Shown here: in pieces, positions 29,248 to 39,282 of the stretch
Layout of the letters: the number at the start of each line of letters is the position of its first letter
Position numbering within the stretch: the first letter of the stretch is position 1
Source of the DNA: an uncultured Planctomycetia bacterium
GTDB taxonomy: Bacteria > Omnitrophota > Gorgyraeia > Duberdicusellales > 4484-171
Assembly: GCA_964489445.1 (NCBI GenBank)
Contig: CAZAYU010000005.1
Coordinates: 4,799-68,798, forward strand
Length of the DNA stretch: 64,000 nucleotides
Direction: 5' to 3'
Made by a program: the position numbers and the translations under genes
The notes under the pieces: model-generated
Databases searched by the model: none
What the model was told of the DNA's origin: nothing
The model's input: the letters and a program-made list of their open reading frames with translations, nothing else

Positions 29248-29877
29248 TTAAATTCCAGGAACACCTTGAATGAGTTTTTTAATTTCTGATTCAATTTTTG
29301 AAAAATTATTTTCTTCTATCCACTGTTTTTTAAATAAGCTACCGCCAAATGCTACCGCAGAGGCGCCGCAATTAAAAAATTCTTGAATATTTCCGCTATT
29401 TACCCCACCACAAGCAAGCAACTTAATCTTATCAAAGGGCCCCCGTATCTCTTTAAAATATTCAGGACCAAAGAATTTAGCCGGAAACACCTTAACCATT
29501 GAAGCTCCGGCATTCCAGGCATTGTATATTTCTTGAGGTGTAAACGCACCGGGAAATACAGAAATATTATTATCTAAACAAGACTTCATTACCTCGGGTA
29601 TTAATACCGGCATTACAATAAACTCAGCCCCGCTGTCTATTGCTTTTTTAAAATCATTATTGTTCAATACTGTTCCCGCCCCTACACTTAACATTCCACA
29701 GGATTCCTTATTCATCTTTTTAATTAGTAAATCCGCATTAGGAGTATTCATTGTAATCTCTACTGTTTTTAACCCTGAAGAAATTAAAGCTGCAGTAAGC
29801 GGAGCAATAGCTTTTTCTTCTATTCCCCTTAATATTCCCATTAGCGGAAATTGCTTAAAGTCATTTAAATTCATCAT
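29248..29877 (-). CDS. eda: KDPG/KHG aldolase
   Basis: ILRG, VEITMNTP, VGAGTV, PGAFTPQEI, VKVFPA, GGV. Confidence 0.93.
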   Translation of the reverse strand: MMNLNDFKQFPLMGILRGIEEKAIAPLTAALISSGLKTVEITMNTPNADLLIKKMNKESCGMLSVGAGTVLNNNDFKKAIDSGAEFIVMPVLIPEVMKSCLDNNISVFPGAFTPQEIYNAWNAGASMVKVFPAKFFGPEYFKEIRGPFDKIKLLACGGVNSGNIQEFFNCGASAVAFGGSLFKKQWIEENNFSKIESEIKKLIQGVPGI

Positions 29878-29879
29878 TT

Positions 29880-30118
29880 TTTCTAATTTTTATTATTTTT
29901 TTCCTTATCTTTTTCTTAACCTCAGCCTCATCCTTAACCTTTTTTTTACTTTATCCTTTAACTTTGACCTTTCTTCCTTTCTTTATCGTCCCTCTTCCCT
30001 CTTCTATCTTTTTCCTTTAGCCTTGAACCTTTCTTCTTTTCTTTATCGTCCCTCTTCCGTCATCTATCTTCCGTCGCTCTCTCCACTTACCCCTTAATTC
30101 TTACCCTTTAATCTTAAA
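29880..30118. repeat. Pyrimidine-rich (plus strand) low-complexity tract with a 60-bp-spaced direct repeat and 6-mer microrepeats
   Basis: ACCTTTCTTCYTTTCTTTATCGTCCCTCTTCC at about 29967 and 30027; CTTAAC/CTCAGC/CTCATC/CTTAAC hexamers at about 29915-29938. Confidence 0.7.
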
Positions 30119-31069
30119 TTAATCCAGCCCAGTATTAGTCAGGCTTTCGTAAAATTTACGATAGTCTTCTTTACCATTGCTATTTCGTAACGCCATTGCC
30201 GCACGCGGATGTTCATTCATTATTCCGGCTATCGCGTAAGGAATAATGTATCCCCACTCGATTTTGTCTCTCAACGGAATAAATTCCTTTGATATTAAAT
30301 CTAAAATTGGACGGACGTCGAACTTAGGATTTTTTAAAAATCCGATTAATAGCTCTAAAGGACAATTCCCCGCCGCACGGCCAATCCCATAAACTGTTGC
30401 ATCTAAATAGTTGGCGTTGTGAATAATTGCTTCAATAGTGTTGCCAAAGGCTAATTGTTGATTATTGTGCCCATGAAAACCAACTTCTTTTGTTTTCAGA
30501 GCTTTTTTGAATCTGTCTACTAAATCTTCTGTTGTTTCCTGATACAGCGCACCAAAACTATCCACAATATACACTGCTTGAGCACTGCTTTCCGCTTCAA
30601 TTTGTAATAACGCCTCATCAAGCTCCGGCCCATTATCGCGAGATATAGCCATAATATTCATTGTTACTTCGTATCCTTTTTCTTTAAAATGATTAACCAT
30701 GACAATCGCTTTATCAACATCTTTAACGTACGTTGCTACCCGAATCATATCTACTGGACTTTCTGCTGCCGGCTTAACATCATCTAAGTCAACTCTTCCC
30801 ACATCAACCATTACTGATATTTTAGTTTTGGACTCAATACCCGCAATTACTTTTTGAATTTCTCGGTCATCACAAAATTTCCAAAGACCATACTCTTTAG
30901 CTGAAAATAATTTTGGTGAATTTTTATAACCAATCTCCATGTAATCCACCCCAGCATCCGAAACCGCCTTATACACTCCCCGGACAAAATCAATACCAAA
31001 ATCGTGGTTATTAATTAACCCACCATCTCTAACCGTGCAATCTAAAACCTTAATCTTTTCTCTGAACAT
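30119..31069 (-). CDS. DRE-TIM (HMGL-like) aldolase catalytic domain protein, HOA-like
   Basis: VLDCTVRDGG, EIGY, VDSFG, GFHGHNN..LA, GIGRAAGNCPLE. Confidence 0.88.
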   Translation of the reverse strand: MFREKIKVLDCTVRDGGLINNHDFGIDFVRGVYKAVSDAGVDYMEIGYKNSPKLFSAKEYGLWKFCDDREIQKVIAGIESKTKISVMVDVGRVDLDDVKPAAESPVDMIRVATYVKDVDKAIVMVNHFKEKGYEVTMNIMAISRDNGPELDEALLQIEAESSAQAVYIVDSFGALYQETTEDLVDRFKKALKTKEVGFHGHNNQQLAFGNTIEAIIHNANYLDATVYGIGRAAGNCPLELLIGFLKNPKFDVRPILDLISKEFIPLRDKIEWGYIIPYAIAGIMNEHPRAAMALRNSNGKEDYRKFYESLTNTGLD

Positions 31070-31243
31070 ACCTCTCCTTAAGTTAATAAACCTATAAAAT
31101 TACGACAACTCTTCTGTTTGGATATTATAAGGGAATAAATTGATTAGGCAAATAAAATATTTCGCGGAAAGTTCTGCTTTGAGTAAACTAAAATAGAAAA
31201 AATCATGTTCCGAAAACAAAAAAAACTTCTTTTAATGCCAAAT

Positions 31244-31296
31244 AAAAATAAAACCAATCTTCCACCTTGTAGGCGGAAGATTGGTTTTATTTTTTT
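31244..31296. terminator. Bidirectional intrinsic terminator downstream of gdhA
   Basis: AAAAATAAAACCAATCTTCC / GGAAGATTGGTTTTATTTTT inverted repeat. Confidence 0.85.
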
Positions 31297-31320
31297 CGTT
31301 TGCTTTTTAGTTAAATCAGT

Positions 31321-34049
<2,729 letters not shown>

Positions 34050-34084
34050 AATTATTCTTGATTAATCTATTTTCCTCGCTAACT

Positions 34085-34939
34085 CTAACTACCGTTTTCA
34101 TTTTTTAATCCAATTCGGCACTTGGTTTTATAGCTATTCAAGGAAGCTGCTTCTTTATCTTTATATCTACCTTGGCGAATGATTAAATCTTCAAAGTCCA
34201 CTAAATGTCCGTCAAATTCCGGACCATCAACGCAAGTAAATTTCTGCTCTCCATTGTACCTCACCCGACAACCACCGCACATACCAGTTCCGTCAATCAT
34301 TATCGCATTCAGAGAAACTAACGTTTTAACTGAATAAAGTTTAGTCATCTCGCAAACCATTTTCATCATGATTATCGGACCAATCGCAAACACTAAATCA
34401 TACTTATCTTTATTTAACAAATCTTTCAAAACATCAGTAACAAATCCTTTCCGCCCCTTGCTCCCATCATCAGTGGTAACATACAACTTATCGCAAAACT
34501 CCTTAATTTCTTCCTCACAAATAACTAAACTCTTGTTCCGAAATCCAATAATTGTTGTTACATCGTTACCCTCTTTTTGTATTGCCCGGGCTATCGGGTA
34601 TGCTTCCGCAGTTCCTACTCCTCCACCAATACAAATTGCCTTTCCAATAGCCCTAGTATTAACAGCATGGCCTAAGGGACCGGCAACATCCAGAATAAAA
34701 TCACCTTGATTTAAAGCGCACAGTTTTTTTGTACTCACCCCGATTGCTTGACACACCACGGTAACTGTACCACTTGTTTGATTAAAATCATAGATGGTCA
34801 ACGGAAACCGTTCACCCTGCTCATCAATGCGTAAAATTAAGAATTGCCCCGGTGAAGCCGCTTGTGCAATATCAAAAGCCTCAATCTCCACAAGACAAAT
34901 TTCCGGATTTAATTGTTTTTTTCTGGTTATTCTATACAT
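34085..34939 (-). CDS. nfnA: NfnA (SudB)-like FAD/NAD-binding [2Fe-2S] subunit
   Basis: PGQF, ERFPLTI, GPLG, GGGVG, TDDGS.G, DGTGMCGGCR, CVDGPEFD. Confidence 0.88.
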   Translation of the reverse strand: MYRITRKKQLNPEICLVEIEAFDIAQAASPGQFLILRIDEQGERFPLTIYDFNQTSGTVTVVCQAIGVSTKKLCALNQGDFILDVAGPLGHAVNTRAIGKAICIGGGVGTAEAYPIARAIQKEGNDVTTIIGFRNKSLVICEEEIKEFCDKLYVTTDDGSKGRKGFVTDVLKDLLNKDKYDLVFAIGPIIMMKMVCEMTKLYSVKTLVSLNAIMIDGTGMCGGCRVRYNGEQKFTCVDGPEFDGHLVDFEDLIIRQGRYKDKEAASLNSYKTKCRIGLKNENGS

Positions 34940-34972
34940 CTTATTCTCCTACCTCTGGTTTAACTCATCTTT

Positions 34973-35030
34973 AAAAAAATAGCGCTCTTCTTCCTTATAG
35001 TCCAGAAAAAGAACGCCACTGTTCCTTTTT
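34973..35030 (-). promoter_or_regulatory. Leader attenuator: ANTAR-like hairpin overlapping an intrinsic terminator upstream of nfnA-nfnB-gdhA
   Basis: Minus strand AAAAAGGAAC-AGUGGC-GUUCUUUUU (AxxG hexaloop) is mutually exclusive with terminator GCGUUCUUUUUCU/GGAAGAAGAGCGC-UAUUUUUUU. TTGACA at 35081-35076. Confidence 0.65.
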
Positions 35031-35184
35031 ACGTAAAGATACGATATGTGTATATTATTTGCAATTTTTGAAAAATGTCAAGAATTTTGTGATTTTTTTT
35101 CCAAAACCAATGTCATAGCTTATAACACTTAAGTTAAAGAACTCATCCGAACTGCAAGAATGCATTTAAACATGGCCATTCCCT

Positions 35185-37011
35185 TTATTCAACGGTAACA
35201 CTTTTTGCTAAATTACGCGGTTTATCTACATCATAATCTTTTAGAGCCGCCATATAATAGGCTAACAACTGTAGCGGAATGATAGTAACTAATGGTGAAA
35301 ACAGCTCGGCTATTTCCGGAATAAAAAAAACTTCCCTTACATATTCACTCATCCATTCATTCCCAACGGTCGCTATGGCAATAACTTTACCTTTCCGCGC
35401 TAAAACTTCCTGAATGTTTGAAGCAATTTTACTAAGCACGCAGGAATTATTTGCAATACAAACAACCGCCCGATACTCATCAATTAATGCTATCGGACCA
35501 TGCTTCATCTCTCCCGCAGCATAACCTTCAGCGGGGATATACGAAATTTCTTTCAATTTTAAAGCACCTTCCAAGGCTGTAGGATAGTTAATGTTTCTTC
35601 CCAAATAAAGAAAAGCACCAAAGTGAAGGTGTTTCTTGGCTATCTTTCTAATAATTTTTAAATCTTCTAGAATTTTCTTCTGAACGCACGGAACACTTTG
35701 TAAAGAAGCTGATATTTTTCTCAACTCTTGGGTATTAAGCGTTTTTTTCAAACCCGCAAGATATATCCCAAAAAGATAAATAACCGTAAGTTGAGCTGTG
35801 TAGGCTTTTGTCGAGGCAACACTTATCTCCGATCCGGCATCGATATATAAAACCGCATCCGCTTCCCGTGTCAGCGCAGAATTCAATACATTACATATTG
35901 CCAATACTTTAACTTTACTTTTTTTTGCCTCACGAACTGCTGCTAAAGTATCCGCCGTTTCTCCGGATTGGCTTATCGCAATCACTAAAGTATCATTTTG
36001 AACGACAGATTTTCGGTACCGGAATTCACTGCCTAAATCAACAGATACTGGAATCTTTGTGAGTGTCTCAATCGCATATTTTCCGATTAACCCTGCGTGA
36101 TATGCGGTACCACAAGCAAGAATAAGAATGTTTTTTATTTTTTTAAGAAAAGCATCCCCTATCTCTAAGTTTGTAAATTTAACTTTCCCCGATGAACTTA
36201 AATAGCGTAAAAGAAGCCTGGAAATGACTTTAGGCTGATCATATATCTCCTTAAGCATAAAATGCTTAAACCCTTTTTTTTGGACCGATTGCCTGTTATT
36301 CTTAATAACTTGGACTTTTTTATTGATTTTAACACCATCAACCCCGAAAACATCAACACTATCTTTTCGAACAATCGCCATCTCATTATCCTCAAGGTAA
36401 ATGATGCGTTTGGTATAATTTAAAACTGCCGAGACATCAGACGTGATAAAATTCTCTTTATCTCCCAATCCAATAGCCAAAGACGAATCCTTGCGCACAG
36501 CAATTATCTCGTCCGGATTTTTAAGACTAATAACTCCCAAAGCATAAGACCCTTTTATTTTTCTAATTGCCTCTTTTACCGCCGCTTTCAGTGAATGTTT
36601 ATAAAACTTACTAATTAAGTAAACAATAACTTCACTATCCGTATCAGACTTAAATACATACCCTTCTTTTTTTAAACCCCTTCTTATTTCGCTGAAATTT
36701 TCAATAATCCCGTTATGAACTATAGCGATCGTCTTATTCGAATTAACATGAGGATGAGCATTAATCCGAGAAGGCTTACCGTGAGTTGCCCAGCGAGTAT
36801 GACCCAACCCTGAATTACCATTTAATTTCTTAGAAGCGATTAATTCGGCTGAACACCCGATCCTGCCTTTGTGTTTTGCTAGCTCTAATCTTCCGCCGTT
36901 AAGAGTAGCAATACCAAAAGAGTCGTAACCGCGGTATTCAAGCTTTTTTAAACCGCTTACTATTATCCCTTTGGCTTGCTTTCTCCCAATATATCCGACT
37001 ATTCCACACAT
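35185..37011 (-). CDS. glmS: Glutamine--fructose-6-phosphate aminotransferase
   Basis: MCGIVG, LEYRGYDS, GHTRWATHG, HNGIIEN, SQSGETADT, KPRNLAKSVTVE. Confidence 0.98.
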   Translation of the reverse strand: MCGIVGYIGRKQAKGIIVSGLKKLEYRGYDSFGIATLNGGRLELAKHKGRIGCSAELIASKKLNGNSGLGHTRWATHGKPSRINAHPHVNSNKTIAIVHNGIIENFSEIRRGLKKEGYVFKSDTDSEVIVYLISKFYKHSLKAAVKEAIRKIKGSYALGVISLKNPDEIIAVRKDSSLAIGLGDKENFITSDVSAVLNYTKRIIYLEDNEMAIVRKDSVDVFGVDGVKINKKVQVIKNNRQSVQKKGFKHFMLKEIYDQPKVISRLLLRYLSSSGKVKFTNLEIGDAFLKKIKNILILACGTAYHAGLIGKYAIETLTKIPVSVDLGSEFRYRKSVVQNDTLVIAISQSGETADTLAAVREAKKSKVKVLAICNVLNSALTREADAVLYIDAGSEISVASTKAYTAQLTVIYLFGIYLAGLKKTLNTQELRKISASLQSVPCVQKKILEDLKIIRKIAKKHLHFGAFLYLGRNINYPTALEGALKLKEISYIPAEGYAAGEMKHGPIALIDEYRAVVCIANNSCVLSKIASNIQEVLARKGKVIAIATVGNEWMSEYVREVFFIPEIAELFSPLVTIIPLQLLAYYMAALKDYDVDKPRNLAKSVTVE

Positions 37012-37117
37012 TATCTTATTGATTGCTTGCTGACTATTTCTGCTTCATTTTGTCTTATCATCTTCCAAAAAAAACATATCTTCGTCCGCATTGTTTAACT
37101 TTGAAAAGGCCTAAAAT

Positions 37118-37180
37118 AAAAAAAAGCGTTCTACGCGAACGCCTTTGCTCCTTGCCGTTAGAATACAAACTTTGTACTCT
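37118..37180 (-). promoter_or_regulatory. ANTAR dual-hairpin attenuator upstream of glmS
   Basis: Minus strand: P1 AGAGUAC-AAAGUUU-GUAUUCU, linker, P2 GAGC-AAAGGC-GUUC, overlapping terminator GGCGUUC-GCGUA-GAACGCU plus U-run. Confidence 0.75.
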
Positions 37181-37186
37181 GTTTAA

Positions 37187-37215
37187 ACCATAGCATTTTG
37201 CTTACTCATTGTCAA
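37187..37215 (-). promoter_or_regulatory. Sigma70 promoter of the glmS leader
   Basis: TTGACA, 17 nt, TATGGT with an extended TG; predicted start near 37180, at hairpin P1. Confidence 0.7.
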
Positions 37216-37244
37216 GTATTCATCTTGAAAATAAGTAATAATTT

Positions 37245-38654
37245 TTACCCTTCGTTATTGTCGCGTTGTTCAAACGTAGTATACTTTTGATTAAACGGCC
37301 CCGTATACATTGCCCGAGGACGAAAAATACGATTATGCTTAAGATATTCTTCTACCCGTGCTGTCCACCCAGCTACTCGACTTACCGCAAACATGGTAGT
37401 AAAAAATTCTGGAAGAATTCCTAATGCGCTATAAACAATTCCTGAGTAAAAATCAACATTTGGAAATACCCCTTTTTCTACACCTAAAGTTGACACTACT
37501 TCTTCTTCCAAGCTTCGAGAAATATTAAACAGCAATGCTGATTCCTCATTGCTCTTAGAAAGATACTCGGCCAACGGAGACAAAATTCTAGCCCGTGGAT
37601 CATGTGCTTTGTAGACACGATGCCCAAAGCCCATAATTTTTTGCTTCTTTCTTCGTGCTTTTTCATACCAAGACTTTACGTTTTCAACATCTCCTATTCC
37701 TTTCAACATCTGCAACACTCGTTCGTTAGCCCCACCATGTAACGGTCCATTCAGCGCTGCAATCCCTGATCCAACCGAAAGATAAATGTCTGACAATGTC
37801 GAAGCAACCACCATTGACGCAAAAGTGCTAGCATTCATCCCATGATCTGCATGCAAAATTAAGGCAATATCCATTATCCGTTCTTCTTCCGGAGAGGGAA
37901 CTTTCCCAGTCATCATGTAAATCAAATTAGCAGCATGACCCAACCCCGGCTTAGATTCAATAGGAAAATGACCCTGCTGAATTCGAGCAATTGCCGCAGC
38001 AAGCGAAGCTACGCCGGAAATTAAATGATAACAAGAATTCTTTCCAATGGCTGATTCTAAATATTTACTCTTACTTCTATGTTCTCTCTCAAATCTTTTA
38101 TTTTTGAATTCATAAACCGCATGCTTTTCCCCCATTGGTTTTGTTTCCATAGGTATTGAATCTTCATCAGTCCCGATTACCTTCGGCGCTTTCCAATTAT
38201 CCTGATCTGCATAAGTAAACTCCTGCCGCATCAAGTTAACTCCTAGCCGCAACGCCGCCATCGGATTCATCTTTTCCACAGAGAAATTTAACATTAATTT
38301 TATTGTATTTGGAACACTTCGGCAAGCCACAAGTTTCCTTTTAAAATTTTTTAACTGCCCAGAATTTGGAAGGCTACCGCGTAAAAGCAAGTAGCACACT
38401 TCTTCATAAGTTGAATAAGCACACAAATCAAAAATATCATAGCCACTGTATATTAAACACCCTTTAGAACCATTGACATACCCTATTTTGCTTTCACAGG
38501 CAATTGCTCCCTCTAAACCAGGCCCAACAATACATTCTACCGGCCATTTAATTGGTTTAATAAGCTCGCCCTCTGGCTCAAAACTAGTTTCTTTGCGCGC
38601 TTTTTTTGCTGCCTTGACTACCAAGCTGGTAATTTTCTTAGTTTTCTCATGCAT
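37245..38654 (-). CDS. Citrate synthase (Si-type family)
   Basis: GLEG, YEEV.YLLL.G.LP, HADHGMNAST, GPLHGGANE, MGFGHRVYK.DPR, PNVDFYSG, SRVAGW. Confidence 0.95.
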   Translation of the reverse strand: MHEKTKKITSLVVKAAKKARKETSFEPEGELIKPIKWPVECIVGPGLEGAIACESKIGYVNGSKGCLIYSGYDIFDLCAYSTYEEVCYLLLRGSLPNSGQLKNFKRKLVACRSVPNTIKLMLNFSVEKMNPMAALRLGVNLMRQEFTYADQDNWKAPKVIGTDEDSIPMETKPMGEKHAVYEFKNKRFEREHRSKSKYLESAIGKNSCYHLISGVASLAAAIARIQQGHFPIESKPGLGHAANLIYMMTGKVPSPEEERIMDIALILHADHGMNASTFASMVVASTLSDIYLSVGSGIAALNGPLHGGANERVLQMLKGIGDVENVKSWYEKARRKKQKIMGFGHRVYKAHDPRARILSPLAEYLSKSNEESALLFNISRSLEEEVVSTLGVEKGVFPNVDFYSGIVYSALGILPEFFTTMFAVSRVAGWTARVEEYLKHNRIFRPRAMYTGPFNQKYTTFEQRDNNEG

Positions 38655-38820
38655 AAGATAACCTCTCTTTTTTTATATTCCTATTTGTCCCTGAATATGC
38701 TTATTTTTAAAACATAACAATTTTACATTAAATAGTAGTTGTTAATATGTACCACAAAAATCAACTTTTTTCAACACTAAATAACTATTTACACCTTTTA
38801 TAAAAATCCTGTTCTAAGCG

Positions 38821-39210
38821 CTATCTATTCATTTTAGCTAAATTAAATTTTTCTATCGCCTCTTGAACAGTTTTTTTTAACGCTTCATTGTCCCACGGTT
38901 TCTTTACAAAACGAAACACCTCTCCTTTGTTTATCGCCTCTTCAGCTATCTTGATATCCGAATAGCCACTCAATAAAATTCTAACTATTTCAGGATACTG
39001 TTCTTTGACTTTACATAAAAAATCAGTACCACTTATTTTTGGCATTCGGTAGTCACTAATGACCACCTTAATTGGATTACCTTCCAAAACTTTAAACGCC
39101 TCATCATACTTGGCGGCTATTACTCCAAAAGGTTCATCCACAAAAACTCTTCTTAAACAATTTAAAACAAACTGCTCGTCATCCACGACTAATAAGTTAT
39201 TCTGTTTCAT
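38821..39210 (-). CDS. Single-domain response regulator
   Basis: LVVDDE, ISDYRMP..SG, LSG, KPW. Confidence 0.93.
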   Translation of the reverse strand: MKQNNLLVVDDEQFVLNCLRRVFVDEPFGVIAAKYDEAFKVLEGNPIKVVISDYRMPKISGTDFLCKVKEQYPEIVRILLSGYSDIKIAEEAINKGEVFRFVKKPWDNEALKKTVQEAIEKFNLAKMNR

Positions 39211-39282
39211 TTTCTTCCTCCTTTTTCATAAAATTAGCTGATTTGTTTATATTTACTCTATATTATCCACTAAGCCAGCGTC

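Noticed and set aside
29660-30097. 145-aa plus-strand ORF with repeated SSFLYRPSS
   Set aside because: It is antisense to eda and runs through the low-complexity tract, where stop codons are depleted by composition.
37012-37244. glmS ribozyme upstream of glmS
   Set aside because: No recognisable ribozyme core (AGCGCC...GACGAGG). The leader is explained by promoter, hairpins and terminator.
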